In this document: positions 1 to 9,770 of the stretch, piece after piece
Layout of the letters: each line of letters begins with the position of its first letter
Numbering within the stretch: position 1 is the first letter of the stretch
Origin: Planctomycetota bacterium
GTDB lineage: Bacteria; Planctomycetota; MHYJ01; WSZJ01
Assembly (NCBI GenBank): GCA_038060895.1
Contig: JBBTCT010000009.1
Span: 48,082 to 112,081, forward strand
DNA length: 64,000 nucleotides
Reading direction: 5' to 3'
Notes under the pieces: model-generated
What the model was told of the DNA's origin: nothing
Databases searched by the model: none
Seen by the model: only the letters and a program-made list of their open reading frames with translations
Translations under genes and position numbers: made by a program

Positions 1-192
1 GCCGGCGGCGGGCCGGCCCGCGCGACGACGGGTAGAGATGGAAGCAACGCTTGCGCCGTGCGAGCCAGCCTGGCGACTCGCGCCTTCGGCCGCTTCACCC
101 ACCCGAACTCAGACGCCGTATTTGCCGGATTTCAAGCGGGGCTTGTGACCGCGTGAGAGTGAGGCTCGTTCCGGCGGGGTTATCATCAGGGA

Positions 193-1137
193 ATGAACGG
201 TGCCATTCCCGAAGAGCCACCTGCTGCGCCGGAGCACCGGCGTTCCGTGGAGGCGGAGGCGGCCCTGGTGCGCGCCCGCAAGAGGCGACGGATCGCTTTG
301 CTGGTCCCTCCGGCGGCGCTTCTCGCCATCCTTCTCATCGGTGAAATCGTCGCGCGCGTTTCCGGCGCGCGGGCCGTCTCAGGAGTGGTGTCCGCGGGAA
401 ATCGCGGCTGGGGGCCGGAGCCAGGGACACGCGACTATGAAGGAGTGCCGGCGACGGTGACGGAGTTCGGTACCCGGGGGGGCGAAGAGAAGCCGGGCGG
501 CGTGCTGGTGGTCGGGGACGAAACGGTGTTCGGAGCGGGGCTGCGCGACGAGGAGACGATCGGGGCGGCATTGGCGCGGGAGATGAAGGTTCACGTGGTG
601 CTCGCCGCGTGCGAAGGATATGGGCTGCAGCAGGAAACGCTGTGGATCGGCGAGGCCGCGCCCCGGGTGACGCCAACCGTCGTTGTCGTCGTGTTCGCGT
701 TCGACGATCCGCGGCCCTTCGCCGCGACGATATTCACGTCGCTTCGCTTCCGCCTCCAGTCGTTTTCGGCCCTGGCCGCGTCCGCATTTCCAGGGTCGCG
801 CACCGCCACGCGTGCGGAACTTCCCGGCCTCTACGACCCGGAGGAAGTTCCGTGGCGGCTTTTCCAGCAGACTGTTCGTGAACTCGGTAACTGGTCGAAG
901 AAATCGAAAACTCCCGTGCTCCTGGCGATCTGGCCGTTCTCGGAGAAGGACGACGAGGGACTCCAGGAGTATTTCCAGCAGGTGCGCGGGGAAGCGAAGA
1001 TGAACGGGATCCTTGTGAGGAACGTGCGGGAGGACCTGGGGGAAGGGATCGGGGCCCTGCGGGATGCAGGAGGCCGGTGGAACGCGGAGGCGATGAGACG
1101 GGCGGCGCGGGGAATCGCGCAGGAACTGCGGGAGTAA
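193..1137 (+). CDS. Membrane-anchored SGNH/GDSL hydrolase-like protein (catalytic residues apparently degenerate)
   Basis: N-terminal TM helix; block-I-like VLVVGDETVFG, block-II GYGLQQE, C-terminal DAGGRWN where D..H.N is expected. Confidence 0.65.
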   Translation: MNGAIPEEPPAAPEHRRSVEAEAALVRARKRRRIALLVPPAALLAILLIGEIVARVSGARAVSGVVSAGNRGWGPEPGTRDYEGVPATVTEFGTRGGEEKPGGVLVVGDETVFGAGLRDEETIGAALAREMKVHVVLAACEGYGLQQETLWIGEAAPRVTPTVVVVVFAFDDPRPFAATIFTSLRFRLQSFSALAASAFPGSRTATRAELPGLYDPEEVPWRLFQQTVRELGNWSKKSKTPVLLAIWPFSEKDDEGLQEYFQQVRGEAKMNGILVRNVREDLGEGIGALRDAGGRWNAEAMRRAARGIAQELRE

Positions 1138-1205
1138 GAATTCTCGCCGTTTTTTGCACCTCTTCTTCGTGCCCCCACCGCCCCTTCGAATACCATGTTC
1201 CCCCT

Positions 1206-2390
1206 ATGAGCAAGGCCGTCCTCGCCTACACCGGTGCGCTTGACAATCTGATCTGTATTCATTGGCTGCGCACGGTCAAGAACATAAAGGTCGTCACGTT
1301 CTCGGGGAATTTCGGCCAGCCGGAGTACCTCGAGGAAGTCGGCGAGCGCGCGCTCGAGACCGGCGCCATCTCCGCCCACATCGCCGACATGCGCGAACGC
1401 TTCCTCCACGACTTCTGCTTCCAGGCCCTCCGCGCAGGCGCGAAATACGAATCCGGGTACGTCCTGTCGTCGGCGCTCTCGCGTCCGCCGCTGGCGCAGG
1501 AGCTCGTGAGAATCGCGCGGGAAGAAGGGTGCGAGTTCGTCGCCCACGGTTGCCGCGGGATCGGGAACGACCAGGTCCGCCTCGAGAGCTACCTCCACAC
1601 CCTGGCGCCCGACCTCAAGATCGTCGCGCCGCTCTTCGAACTCGGACTGAAGACGCCCGAGGACGACGAGGCGTACGCGAAGCGCTGGAACCTGCCGCGC
1701 GCGACCAACCGCCAGATGCGCTATAACGTGGACCAGAACCTGTGGGGCGTGGCTCTTCAGCTCGGCCCGCGGGCCGACCTCTGGGTGGAGCCGCCCGACG
1801 ACACGTACATCATGACGCGCAGGATTTCGGACGCGCCGGACAAGCCGACGTACGTGGAGATCGGGTTCGAAGCGGGGCTGCCCGTGACGATCGACGGGGA
1901 GCGGACGGGGACGATGGACATGGTGGAGACGATGAACCGGTTGGGCGCGCAGTACGCGGTCGGCCGGCTGGACGTGATCGAGGACCGGATCAGCGGGCTG
2001 AAGGCGCGGGAGATCTACGAGGCGCCGGCCGCGCACCTGCTTCACCAGGCGCACACGGCGCTCGAAGAGCTGACGCTCGACAAGGACGTTTTCCAGTTCC
2101 GCGACGTGACGGCGAGGCGGTATGCGGACCTGGTGTATCGCGGGAAGTGGTTTACGCCGTTCCGCGAGGCGCTCGATGCGTGGTTCGACGTGATCGAGCG
2201 GAACGTGACGGGGACGGTGAAGCTGAAACTGATGGGCGGGACGTCGCTGGTCGTCGGCCGCCAGTCGCCGCACTCCCTGTACAAGAGCGAGATGCTTTCG
2301 TACGACGGCGACGTAGAGCGCACGACGAGGCGGAAGCGCTCGCTGGAGAGTGAGCACGGGTCGAAGCCGCCGAGCACGCGGCGGGATTGA
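1206..2390 (+). CDS. argG: Argininosuccinate synthase family protein (divergent)
   Basis: KAVLAYTGALD, LSRP, HGCRGIGNDQVR, DQNLW, REIYEAP; start moved to ATG 1206 (MSKAVLAY). Confidence 0.85.
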   Translation: MSKAVLAYTGALDNLICIHWLRTVKNIKVVTFSGNFGQPEYLEEVGERALETGAISAHIADMRERFLHDFCFQALRAGAKYESGYVLSSALSRPPLAQELVRIAREEGCEFVAHGCRGIGNDQVRLESYLHTLAPDLKIVAPLFELGLKTPEDDEAYAKRWNLPRATNRQMRYNVDQNLWGVALQLGPRADLWVEPPDDTYIMTRRISDAPDKPTYVEIGFEAGLPVTIDGERTGTMDMVETMNRLGAQYAVGRLDVIEDRISGLKAREIYEAPAAHLLHQAHTALEELTLDKDVFQFRDVTARRYADLVYRGKWFTPFREALDAWFDVIERNVTGTVKLKLMGGTSLVVGRQSPHSLYKSEMLSYDGDVERTTRRKRSLESEHGSKPPSTRRD

Positions 2391-2394
2391 CGCG

Positions 2395-3648
2395 GTGATC
2401 GCCCCGGTCGCCCACATCGTCTGCAGCGGCGATGAACTGACGCTCGGCCGCGTCGCGAACACGAACGCCGCGTGGCTGTCGCGGAGGCTGACGGATCTCG
2501 GGTTCGACGTCGCGCGGCACGTTACGGTCCCGGATCACTTTCTGCCGCTGGTGCGCGAAATCCGTCTCGCCGCGCGCGCTGCCGATCTCGTGATCCTGTC
2601 CGGCGGGCTGGGCCCGACGGTGGACGACCTGACGCGCGAAGCGGCCGCAAAGGCGGCGGGGAAGCGGCTGCTGCGTTCGGCGGCGGCGTTACGTGGCATT
2701 CGCGCATTTTTCGCAAGGCGGCGGCGGCCGATGGCGCCGAACAACGAGCGGCAGGCCGATTTCCCGCAAGGCGCCGCCCTGGTCCGGAATCCTGTGGGCA
2801 CGGCCCCGGGGTTCGCCATGAAGCTCGCCCGCGCTTTCGTGGTCGCACTTCCCGGCGTTCCCGTCGAGTTGCGGGCGATGTTCGACGGCGAAGTCGTGCC
2901 TCTGTTTAGGAGGCAATTCCCGCGCCGGCCTGCGGTGGCGACGCGCGAGCTCGAGACGATCGGCCTCGCGGAAAGCGAAGTGGATCGGCGCCTTGCGGGG
3001 ATCGCCTCCCCGACCGGCAACCCGCGACTGTCGCTGATGGTCCGCGATGGAATCGTCACGGCCCGCCTCGTGGCGAGAGGGCGTACGGCCGCTGACGCAA
3101 GACGCACGATCGAGGCGACGGGCAAACGGGCGCGCGGCGTCCTGGGGACGGCGCTCTTCGGCCGGGACGGCGTCGACATTTCGGACGCGGTGGCGGCCAT
3201 GCTCCGGCGCGCTGGGCTGACCCTGTCTGTGGCCGAATCTTGCACGGGCGGGCTGATCGGGCACCTTCTGACAAGGGTTCCCGGGATTTCCGGGACGTTG
3301 CTCGAGGACGTTGTTACCTACTCGAACGAGTCGAAAGTGAAGAGGCTCGGGGTGAGTCGTGCGCTGATCGCGAAGAAGGGCGCCGTCTCCGCCGAGGTCT
3401 GTGCCGCTATGGCGGAGGGCTCGGCTCGCTCCACCCGGGCGGACGCCGCATTGGCGGTCACCGGCATCGCCGGCCCCGGAGGGGGCTCACCGTCGAAACC
3501 CGTCGGCCTCGTGTTCACCGCCGTCCACCTGCGCGGCCGCACTACGGTCGCCGACCTGCACCTGTCCGGCGACCGCGTCGCCATTCAGGCCCGGGCCGCA
3601 CGCCTCGCCCTCGAACACCTGCGCCAGCGCCTCATGAACGAATCCTAG
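2395..3648 (+). CDS. cinA: CinA competence/damage-inducible protein (MoCF domain + PncC NMN deamidase)
   Basis: GDELTLG..NTN, SGGLGPTVDDLT, LPGVPVE, AESCTGG, TGIAGPGGG; start uncertain (2350 or 2395). Confidence 0.92.
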   Translation: MIAPVAHIVCSGDELTLGRVANTNAAWLSRRLTDLGFDVARHVTVPDHFLPLVREIRLAARAADLVILSGGLGPTVDDLTREAAAKAAGKRLLRSAAALRGIRAFFARRRRPMAPNNERQADFPQGAALVRNPVGTAPGFAMKLARAFVVALPGVPVELRAMFDGEVVPLFRRQFPRRPAVATRELETIGLAESEVDRRLAGIASPTGNPRLSLMVRDGIVTARLVARGRTAADARRTIEATGKRARGVLGTALFGRDGVDISDAVAAMLRRAGLTLSVAESCTGGLIGHLLTRVPGISGTLLEDVVTYSNESKVKRLGVSRALIAKKGAVSAEVCAAMAEGSARSTRADAALAVTGIAGPGGGSPSKPVGLVFTAVHLRGRTTVADLHLSGDRVAIQARAARLALEHLRQRLMNES

Positions 3649-3714
3649 CGACTCGCCACTTCCGCCCCGACGTCTTGTGATCGCTCCCGCGCGCGGCTAT
3701 CCTCTCTGAAACAA

Positions 3715-5472
3715 ATGTCCACTCGCATCAGTCGCATTCCCCGCCGCTGGCAGATCGCCCCTTCTCACCCCGAGCGCGCGGAGCGACTGGCCCGCGCGCT
3801 CTCGATCTCCCCGCTGGTCGGCCAGCTTCTCATCAATCGCGGGGTGGAAGACACCGCCGCCGCTTCCATGTTCCTCCGCACGCAGCTCGACCATCTGCAC
3901 GACCCGTTCCTGCTGCGCGAAATGCACAAGGCCGTCGACCGGCTCCAGCGCGCTCTTCGCGACAACGAGCAGATCCTCGTCTTCGGCGACTACGACGTTG
4001 ACGGCGTGACGGGCACGACGCTCATCGTGCAGTTTTTCAGGACGCTGGGGCGGGACGTGAAGTGGTACATCCCGCACCGCGTGCAGGAGGGGTACTCGCT
4101 GTCGCGGGCGGCGATCGAGAAGTTCGCGAAGGACGGGATCAAGGTCCTGATCACGGTGGACTGCGGGACGACGAACATCGAGGAAGTGCGTCTGGCGCAG
4201 GAGCTCGGGATCGACGTGATCGTGACGGACCACCACGAGCCGATGGCGACGGTGCCGGCGGCGCTGGCGGTGCTGAATCCGAAGATGCAGGACAGCGGAT
4301 ACCCGTTTCTGGGCCTGTGCGGCGCGGGGATGGCGTTCAAACTGGTGTGGGCGCTGGCGAAGGGGATTCACGGCCACAACCGCATCACGGGGCCGCTCGC
4401 GAGGTTCTTCGTCGAGTCGATGGCGCTCGTTTCGCTCGGGACGATCGCGGACGTCGCGCCGCTTGTCGGGGAGAACCGCGTCTTCGCGACGTTCGGGCTC
4501 GCAGCGCTCGGCGCGTCGCAGACGCCCGGAATTCAGGCGTTGCTCCGGAGCGCCGGCCTCGAGGGGCTTCCGCTGAACGCCGGCCACGTCGGGTTCCGCA
4601 TCGGCCCTCGGCTCAACGCGGGGGGGCGGATGGGAAGCGCATCGATCGGGGTCGAGCTGTTGCTTACGGATTCGCCGCACCGGGCGGAGGACATCGTGAC
4701 GGACCTGGAGGCCGCGAATACGGAGCGGCAGAAAGTGGAGGCGGACATCCTGGCGCAGGCGCTTCAGATGGTGGAAGAAGAGCACGATCTCGAGAACGAC
4801 CCGGTGATCGTTCTGGCGGACGACCGGTGGCATTCTGGGGTGATCGGGATCGTGGCGTCGAAGCTCGCGGAGAAGCACTACCGGCCGACGATCCTGATCG
4901 CGCTGAAGGGGGAGAAGGGCAAGGGGAGCGGTCGATCGATCCCGGCGTTCCACCTCTACGAGTCGCTGGCGACGTGCAAGGATCTCATGATGGCGTTCGG
5001 CGGCCACTCGCACGCGGCGGGGCTGGAGATCAAGCGGGAGAATGTGGCGCTTCTGCGCCGCCGCCTGAACGAGTACGCGCGCGGCGTGCTGAAGGCGGAC
5101 GATCTCGTGCCGCGCCTGGGAATTGACGCGGAGATTCATCTGGAGCAGCTGTCGAGGGACGTGGTGAAGGAGGTCCAGCTGCTCGAGCCGCACGGTTACG
5201 GGAATGCGGCGCCGGTGCTTTCGACGTCCAACCTGCGAATCGCGGGAGACCCGAAAATCATCGGGAAAACGGGGGACCACATTTCGTTTTACGTCGTGCA
5301 GGGAAAGCACTCGCTGAAAGCGATCGGGTTCGGCATGGCCGATCGCTACGACGAGCTGCTCCTGAACCGGCGGCGGCCCCTGAGCATTGCGTTCGCACCG
5401 ATCATCAACGAGTGGCAGGGAAGAGAATCGGTGGAGCTGCAGATCAAGGACATGCGGTTCGAGGTGGAGTAG
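3715..5472 (+). CDS. recJ: ssDNA-specific exonuclease RecJ
   Basis: GDYDVDG, TVDCG, TDHH, GTIADV, PRLNAGGR, FGGH motifs. Confidence 0.97.
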   Translation: MSTRISRIPRRWQIAPSHPERAERLARALSISPLVGQLLINRGVEDTAAASMFLRTQLDHLHDPFLLREMHKAVDRLQRALRDNEQILVFGDYDVDGVTGTTLIVQFFRTLGRDVKWYIPHRVQEGYSLSRAAIEKFAKDGIKVLITVDCGTTNIEEVRLAQELGIDVIVTDHHEPMATVPAALAVLNPKMQDSGYPFLGLCGAGMAFKLVWALAKGIHGHNRITGPLARFFVESMALVSLGTIADVAPLVGENRVFATFGLAALGASQTPGIQALLRSAGLEGLPLNAGHVGFRIGPRLNAGGRMGSASIGVELLLTDSPHRAEDIVTDLEAANTERQKVEADILAQALQMVEEEHDLENDPVIVLADDRWHSGVIGIVASKLAEKHYRPTILIALKGEKGKGSGRSIPAFHLYESLATCKDLMMAFGGHSHAAGLEIKRENVALLRRRLNEYARGVLKADDLVPRLGIDAEIHLEQLSRDVVKEVQLLEPHGYGNAAPVLSTSNLRIAGDPKIIGKTGDHISFYVVQGKHSLKAIGFGMADRYDELLLNRRRPLSIAFAPIINEWQGRESVELQIKDMRFEVE

Positions 5473-5474
5473 GC

Positions 5475-5645
5475 GTGCCGTTCTCCATCCGCATGGGCGG
5501 CAAGGCAACGCTTCGCGCCATCGCCGAGGACGGCTCCTGTTCCGCGCCCAGGACATACAACTGGCACGCGGGAATCCGGGGTTGCCTCGTGGATACGCGC
5601 AAGGTGACGGACCTTCAGCACACCTTCATCTTCGAGCCGGAGTAA
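5475..5645 (+). CDS. Small hypothetical protein (56 aa)
   Basis: GTG 2 nt after the recJ stop; fills the gap to the convergent gene; no recognisable motif. Confidence 0.3.
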   Translation: MPFSIRMGGKATLRAIAEDGSCSAPRTYNWHAGIRGCLVDTRKVTDLQHTFIFEPE

Positions 5646-5657
5646 CTCCGGGCGGGG

Positions 5658-6464
5658 TCAGGTCGACTTGCGCTTCTTTTTCGCCGCCTGCGGCTTCCTC
5701 GTTGTTTTCCTGGCCGCGGCCTTCCGGGCCGGCGCTTCGGCCCACAACACCGGGTGCTCCGGGAGGATCATCCCTTCAACGACTTCTTCCCATCCCGCCG
5801 ACAGAATCAGCTCGAAGGGAGTGCCGTAGCGCAGCGGCGCGTGGAGGATTCCGGGGGAGAACAGGTCCTCCGTCGCTCCATCGTCGAACTGGAAATTGTC
5901 GTACCAGTGCGGATCCGGATCGAACACGCCCATCGTGTACGCGTTGATTTCCGGGACGCCGTCGTACGGCCGCCAGCCCAGTTTCCACCCGCGCTTCTCG
6001 GTGTGCGTGCGAAAGACGTCGTTCTGGTGGTGAAGCGCTTCCGGATCGCGTCCGCTGATGAACGGGCGGATGTGGACGGTGAAGCCGGGCCGGTCTTCGG
6101 CGAGGGACCAGCGCACGGCGACGACCGCGCGGCCCGGGAGGAGTTCGACCTCCTGGATGACGTGGGCGTCGCCTGCGACCTTGAAACGCCAGGTGGGGCG
6201 GGGCTTCGCCGAGAACGATTGGATGCGCGCGGACTCGTCGGGTTTCGTGACTCCCGGCAGGTAACGTTGCGATGACAGATGCGACCGTCCGGCCGGGTGG
6301 TCGACCCAGGCCTCAAACCCGTTGACGAGGACGAAGGCTCGGTCGGAACCGGGACCGCGCGCAGCGAGGAGCGCCTGCTGGCGATTGTGGCGGATGCCGG
6401 AGACAGAGCCCGAGGAAGTAGCTCCGGAGGAGTTGGTAAGGGACCAGGCGGGATCGCATGTCAT
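5658..6464 (-). CDS. Stand-alone glycogen debranching enzyme N-terminal domain protein with basic tail
   Basis: WSLTNSSGATSSGSVSGIR, RPFISGRD..ALH, WYDNF, EDLFSPG resemble GDE_N; no catalytic domain follows. Confidence 0.75.
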   Translation of the reverse strand: MTCDPAWSLTNSSGATSSGSVSGIRHNRQQALLAARGPGSDRAFVLVNGFEAWVDHPAGRSHLSSQRYLPGVTKPDESARIQSFSAKPRPTWRFKVAGDAHVIQEVELLPGRAVVAVRWSLAEDRPGFTVHIRPFISGRDPEALHHQNDVFRTHTEKRGWKLGWRPYDGVPEINAYTMGVFDPDPHWYDNFQFDDGATEDLFSPGILHAPLRYGTPFELILSAGWEEVVEGMILPEHPVLWAEAPARKAAARKTTRKPQAAKKKRKST

Positions 6465-6510
6465 GCACTGCAGGGAAAGCGAAAAACGAAAAAAGAAAAA
6501 CTAAAAGTCT

Positions 6511-8922
6511 TCACAGGAAGCGCTGCATCGACAGAACGGCCGCGTTGTAAATCGCGTGCGTCAGCATCGGCGCGAGCAGGCCCTTCGACTTCTCGTGCAC
6601 AAATGCAGTGGCGAATCCCAGGACGAGAACCGGCGCGAATGAGAGCGGAGGATGGACGATGGCGAAGATCAATGCGCTGAAGGCGACCGCCGGTGCGAGC
6701 GACAGCGTGCGGCGCAGGGGCTGGAAAACCATTCCGCGGAAGAGGATTTCCTCGAAGAGCGGTGCGGCGCCGATCGCGAGAGCAGCGTAGAGCCAGTCGG
6801 CGGGGAGGCGCGCTTGCTCGATCCCCAGTTTCTGGATGAGCAGGAGATACCCGGCGGCGACGGCGGCGCAGCCGAGCCCGGCGAGAAGCGCCACGGTAAG
6901 CGAGCCGAGCGGACGGTCGGGAAAGAAGCTCGGAAGATTCCGGAGCGGGAGGCCGCTTCGCCAGAGAACGAGAACGGTCAATCCCACGGCGATGGCGCCG
7001 GCGGCGGCGTACGAGGGGAAGGCGGCGAGTTCGGGGGCGACTCCCGCCAGGGCGACGAGCAGGACCAGGATGCCGCCCTGGGTGTAGAGGAAGAGGATCG
7101 TCGCGATGAGCCCGTCGGCCGCGTCGACGAGGCGGGGAGGCGCTGCGGAAGGGTCGAGCAGTATGTCGAAGCGCGCGGAGGCTTTCTGCCACAGTCCGAC
7201 CGCGAGCGCGGCGAACGCGACGAGGCTGGCGGCGCGGGCGTAGGGCGTCGGGAGCCAGAGGCCCGCCGTGAGCAGGCCACCGAGGAAAAAAATCAGGTAG
7301 ATGAGATCGACGCGCAGGCGCCGGTGGATTTCCGTCACCGTCGGGTCGAACCCGAGCACTCCGATCGACGACGCGATGAGCGCGTAGACCGGCAGGCCGA
7401 GAACGATCCAGACGAGCGCCGAGACGTCCCCGGCGGAGATCCACCCGCGCCGCGCGATGACGAAGATCGCTGCGGCCAGCGACCATCCGACCGCGATCGC
7501 CGCCCAGAGCATCGCCTTCCGGAAGATGATCCCGCTCACGCGCCGCGGAAACGTATAGAGCAGCCACAGCGCGTCCTTCTCGTGAAGCAGCACTCCGGGC
7601 GCCGCCGAGAGCAGCGCGTACGCGCCGATCCCGAACGCCACCGCGCCCGACAGCAGCGGCGACCCGAGCGCGCGCTTGAGCATCCCCGGGTTCAGGATCA
7701 CCTGCGACAGGCCCACGACGACGGGCAGCAGCGCGACTTGCACCAGCAGCACCTTGTCCCGGAACAGCAGCCGCAGTTCCTTCCCCAGGAGCCCGTCAAG
7801 CCTCGCCGTTTCCTGCCCGCCCGCCCGCCGGCCGGCCCGCCCGCTCGCCCTTCCCATCGCCGGCTGCACCGCTTCCAGCCCTCGCTTCGACGCCCATGCC
7901 ACGGCAAACGCCGCAAACGCGGCCGCGCCGAGGGCCCACGCTGCGAGAGCCGCGACGGTGAAGGCGCCGCCGCGGGAACCGTGCATCATCCCCGCGATCA
8001 ATCCGCCGGGGAGCCAGCGGGAGACGGCGCTTCCACCGCGAAGAGCGTCGTAGAGGATGGATTGCGAAGCGCCCGCGGCGGTGCCGTAGGCCATGGAACC
8101 GAGCATGAGGCCGACCTGGGCGACGACGGCGACGGCCTGCAGGTTCCGCCGGCCGCCGGGGCGGAGCAGGCGATGGGAGGCCATTTCGATGACGATCTGC
8201 GAGCAGGCGACGAGGGCGTTGACGAAGAGGGCGCCGCCGATTCCCCAGGCGAGCGACCACCAACCGGCGCCCCAGCCGAGGCCGGCGACGGTGAGAAGCG
8301 GCGCGACGCCGAACCATCCGAGCAGGTTCATGGCGATCCGCTCGGCGGCCTTGGCCGCGTAGATCGCGGTCGTCGGCACGGGAAAGCCGAGCAGCCACTC
8401 GACGTCTTCCTCGAGCCGCCCCAGGTCGCTCGTCGAGACGCCGAGCGCGTTGGCCAGAAGCATGAGCATCATGACGGCGAGCAGGAATCCCACGCCGTCG
8501 AGCACGGCGGGCGCCCGCGACCGCTCCGCCGTTTCCGCCATCTTCGTCGTCCCACGTTTCCGCGTCAGGTCGACGTACATCTCGCGCGCATTGGGGCTTA
8601 AGCTCCGCCATTCCTCCGGCGTCCTCGTCCACTCCGGCGGCGGACTGTCCGAGGCCAGCTCCGCCGCGTCCGCCCGAGGCGCCAGCACGTTCGTCATGTT
8701 CTGGATCGCGCCCCAGCCGATCGTCGTCCCGAGCTGCAGCCCGAAAAACATCAGCAGCCCTGCGCCGAGAATCGTCATCCCCTTCTTCGCCGGCCCGCCC
8801 TTTCGCGCCGGCGCGTTCTTTCCGAAGCGGATGCGCGAGAACGAGCCAAGCCGGTTGAAGAACCGGCGGAAGCGCAGCCCGAGGATGAGCCGCACGGCGC
8901 CCGGAAATGAGAGTCGGTTCAA
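6511..8922 (-). CDS. ABC-2-type permease fused to C-terminal CPBP (Abi/CAAX) intramembrane protease
   Basis: Many TM helices; KELRLLFRD; C-terminal APLFEEILFRG, FAIVH, HAIYN. Confidence 0.85.
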   Translation of the reverse strand: MNRLSFPGAVRLILGLRFRRFFNRLGSFSRIRFGKNAPARKGGPAKKGMTILGAGLLMFFGLQLGTTIGWGAIQNMTNVLAPRADAAELASDSPPPEWTRTPEEWRSLSPNAREMYVDLTRKRGTTKMAETAERSRAPAVLDGVGFLLAVMMLMLLANALGVSTSDLGRLEEDVEWLLGFPVPTTAIYAAKAAERIAMNLLGWFGVAPLLTVAGLGWGAGWWSLAWGIGGALFVNALVACSQIVIEMASHRLLRPGGRRNLQAVAVVAQVGLMLGSMAYGTAAGASQSILYDALRGGSAVSRWLPGGLIAGMMHGSRGGAFTVAALAAWALGAAAFAAFAVAWASKRGLEAVQPAMGRASGRAGRRAGGQETARLDGLLGKELRLLFRDKVLLVQVALLPVVVGLSQVILNPGMLKRALGSPLLSGAVAFGIGAYALLSAAPGVLLHEKDALWLLYTFPRRVSGIIFRKAMLWAAIAVGWSLAAAIFVIARRGWISAGDVSALVWIVLGLPVYALIASSIGVLGFDPTVTEIHRRLRVDLIYLIFFLGGLLTAGLWLPTPYARAASLVAFAALAVGLWQKASARFDILLDPSAAPPRLVDAADGLIATILFLYTQGGILVLLVALAGVAPELAAFPSYAAAGAIAVGLTVLVLWRSGLPLRNLPSFFPDRPLGSLTVALLAGLGCAAVAAGYLLLIQKLGIEQARLPADWLYAALAIGAAPLFEEILFRGMVFQPLRRTLSLAPAVAFSALIFAIVHPPLSFAPVLVLGFATAFVHEKSKGLLAPMLTHAIYNAAVLSMQRFL

Positions 8923-9698
8923 GCGGGCGGCCCGGGCGGCAAGGCCGCCGGCGGTGAAGCAGGCTGCGGCCGGGTGACTGCGAGGAATACCTGTTCAAGC
9001 GATCCACCCGGGCAAAGCTTCTCCTTCAACTCGGCGGGCGACCCGACGGCGGCAAGCTTCCCGCGGTCGATGATCCCGACTCGATGGCAGAGCCGCTCCG
9101 CCATTTCCAGCAGGTGCGTCGAAAGCAGGATCGTCTTTCCCTCGCGCGCCGACTCCACGATCCAGTCCTGCACGTCCCGCGCCGCCCCAGGGTCCAGCCC
9201 GTTCGTGGGCTCGTCCAGGATGAACGTCTCCGGCGCATGAATCATCGCGCACGCAAGGCCCAGCTTGCGCTTCATCCCGGTCGAGTAGTTCACCGCATAG
9301 TCGTCCGCGGCGTCGGCGAGGCCGAAGCGGGCGAGCAGCGCGTCGGCACGGGACCGCGCCTCGGCGGAGGGAATTCCATGCATGTGTGCCACGAACCGCA
9401 GGATCTCGCGCCCGCGCAGGTAATCGTGAAATGTCGGGTTGTCAGGCAGGTAACCGACGTGCCGCTTCGCCTCCACCCTCTCTGCATGGCAATCCATCCC
9501 ATGCAGCCGCGCTTTCCCGAACGAAGGCACCAGCATCCCCATCAGCAGCCGGATCGTCGTCGTCTTCCCCGCGCCGTTGGGCCCGAGCAGCCCGAAGATC
9601 TCGCCGCGGCCCACCTGCAGGGTGAGCGAGTCGAGGGCTCGGAAGGGACCGTAGTCTTTGGTGAGGAATTCGGTCTCGATTTCGGGCGGACTATTCAT
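8919..9698 (-). CDS. ABC transporter ATP-binding protein
   Basis: GPNGAGKTT, YSTGMK, ILDEPTNGLD, STH; start at ATG 9698 (MNSPPEI); 4-nt overlap with the permease. Confidence 0.93.
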   Translation of the reverse strand: MNSPPEIETEFLTKDYGPFRALDSLTLQVGRGEIFGLLGPNGAGKTTTIRLLMGMLVPSFGKARLHGMDCHAERVEAKRHVGYLPDNPTFHDYLRGREILRFVAHMHGIPSAEARSRADALLARFGLADAADDYAVNYSTGMKRKLGLACAMIHAPETFILDEPTNGLDPGAARDVQDWIVESAREGKTILLSTHLLEMAERLCHRVGIIDRGKLAAVGSPAELKEKLCPGGSLEQVFLAVTRPQPASPPAALPPGPPA

Positions 9699-9770
9699 GC
9701 GTCGCAGATGGTACGCGAGAGGCAGAAACTGCGCCCGAGCTTCGAGATGACGACTTCGTAAGATGCCCGT

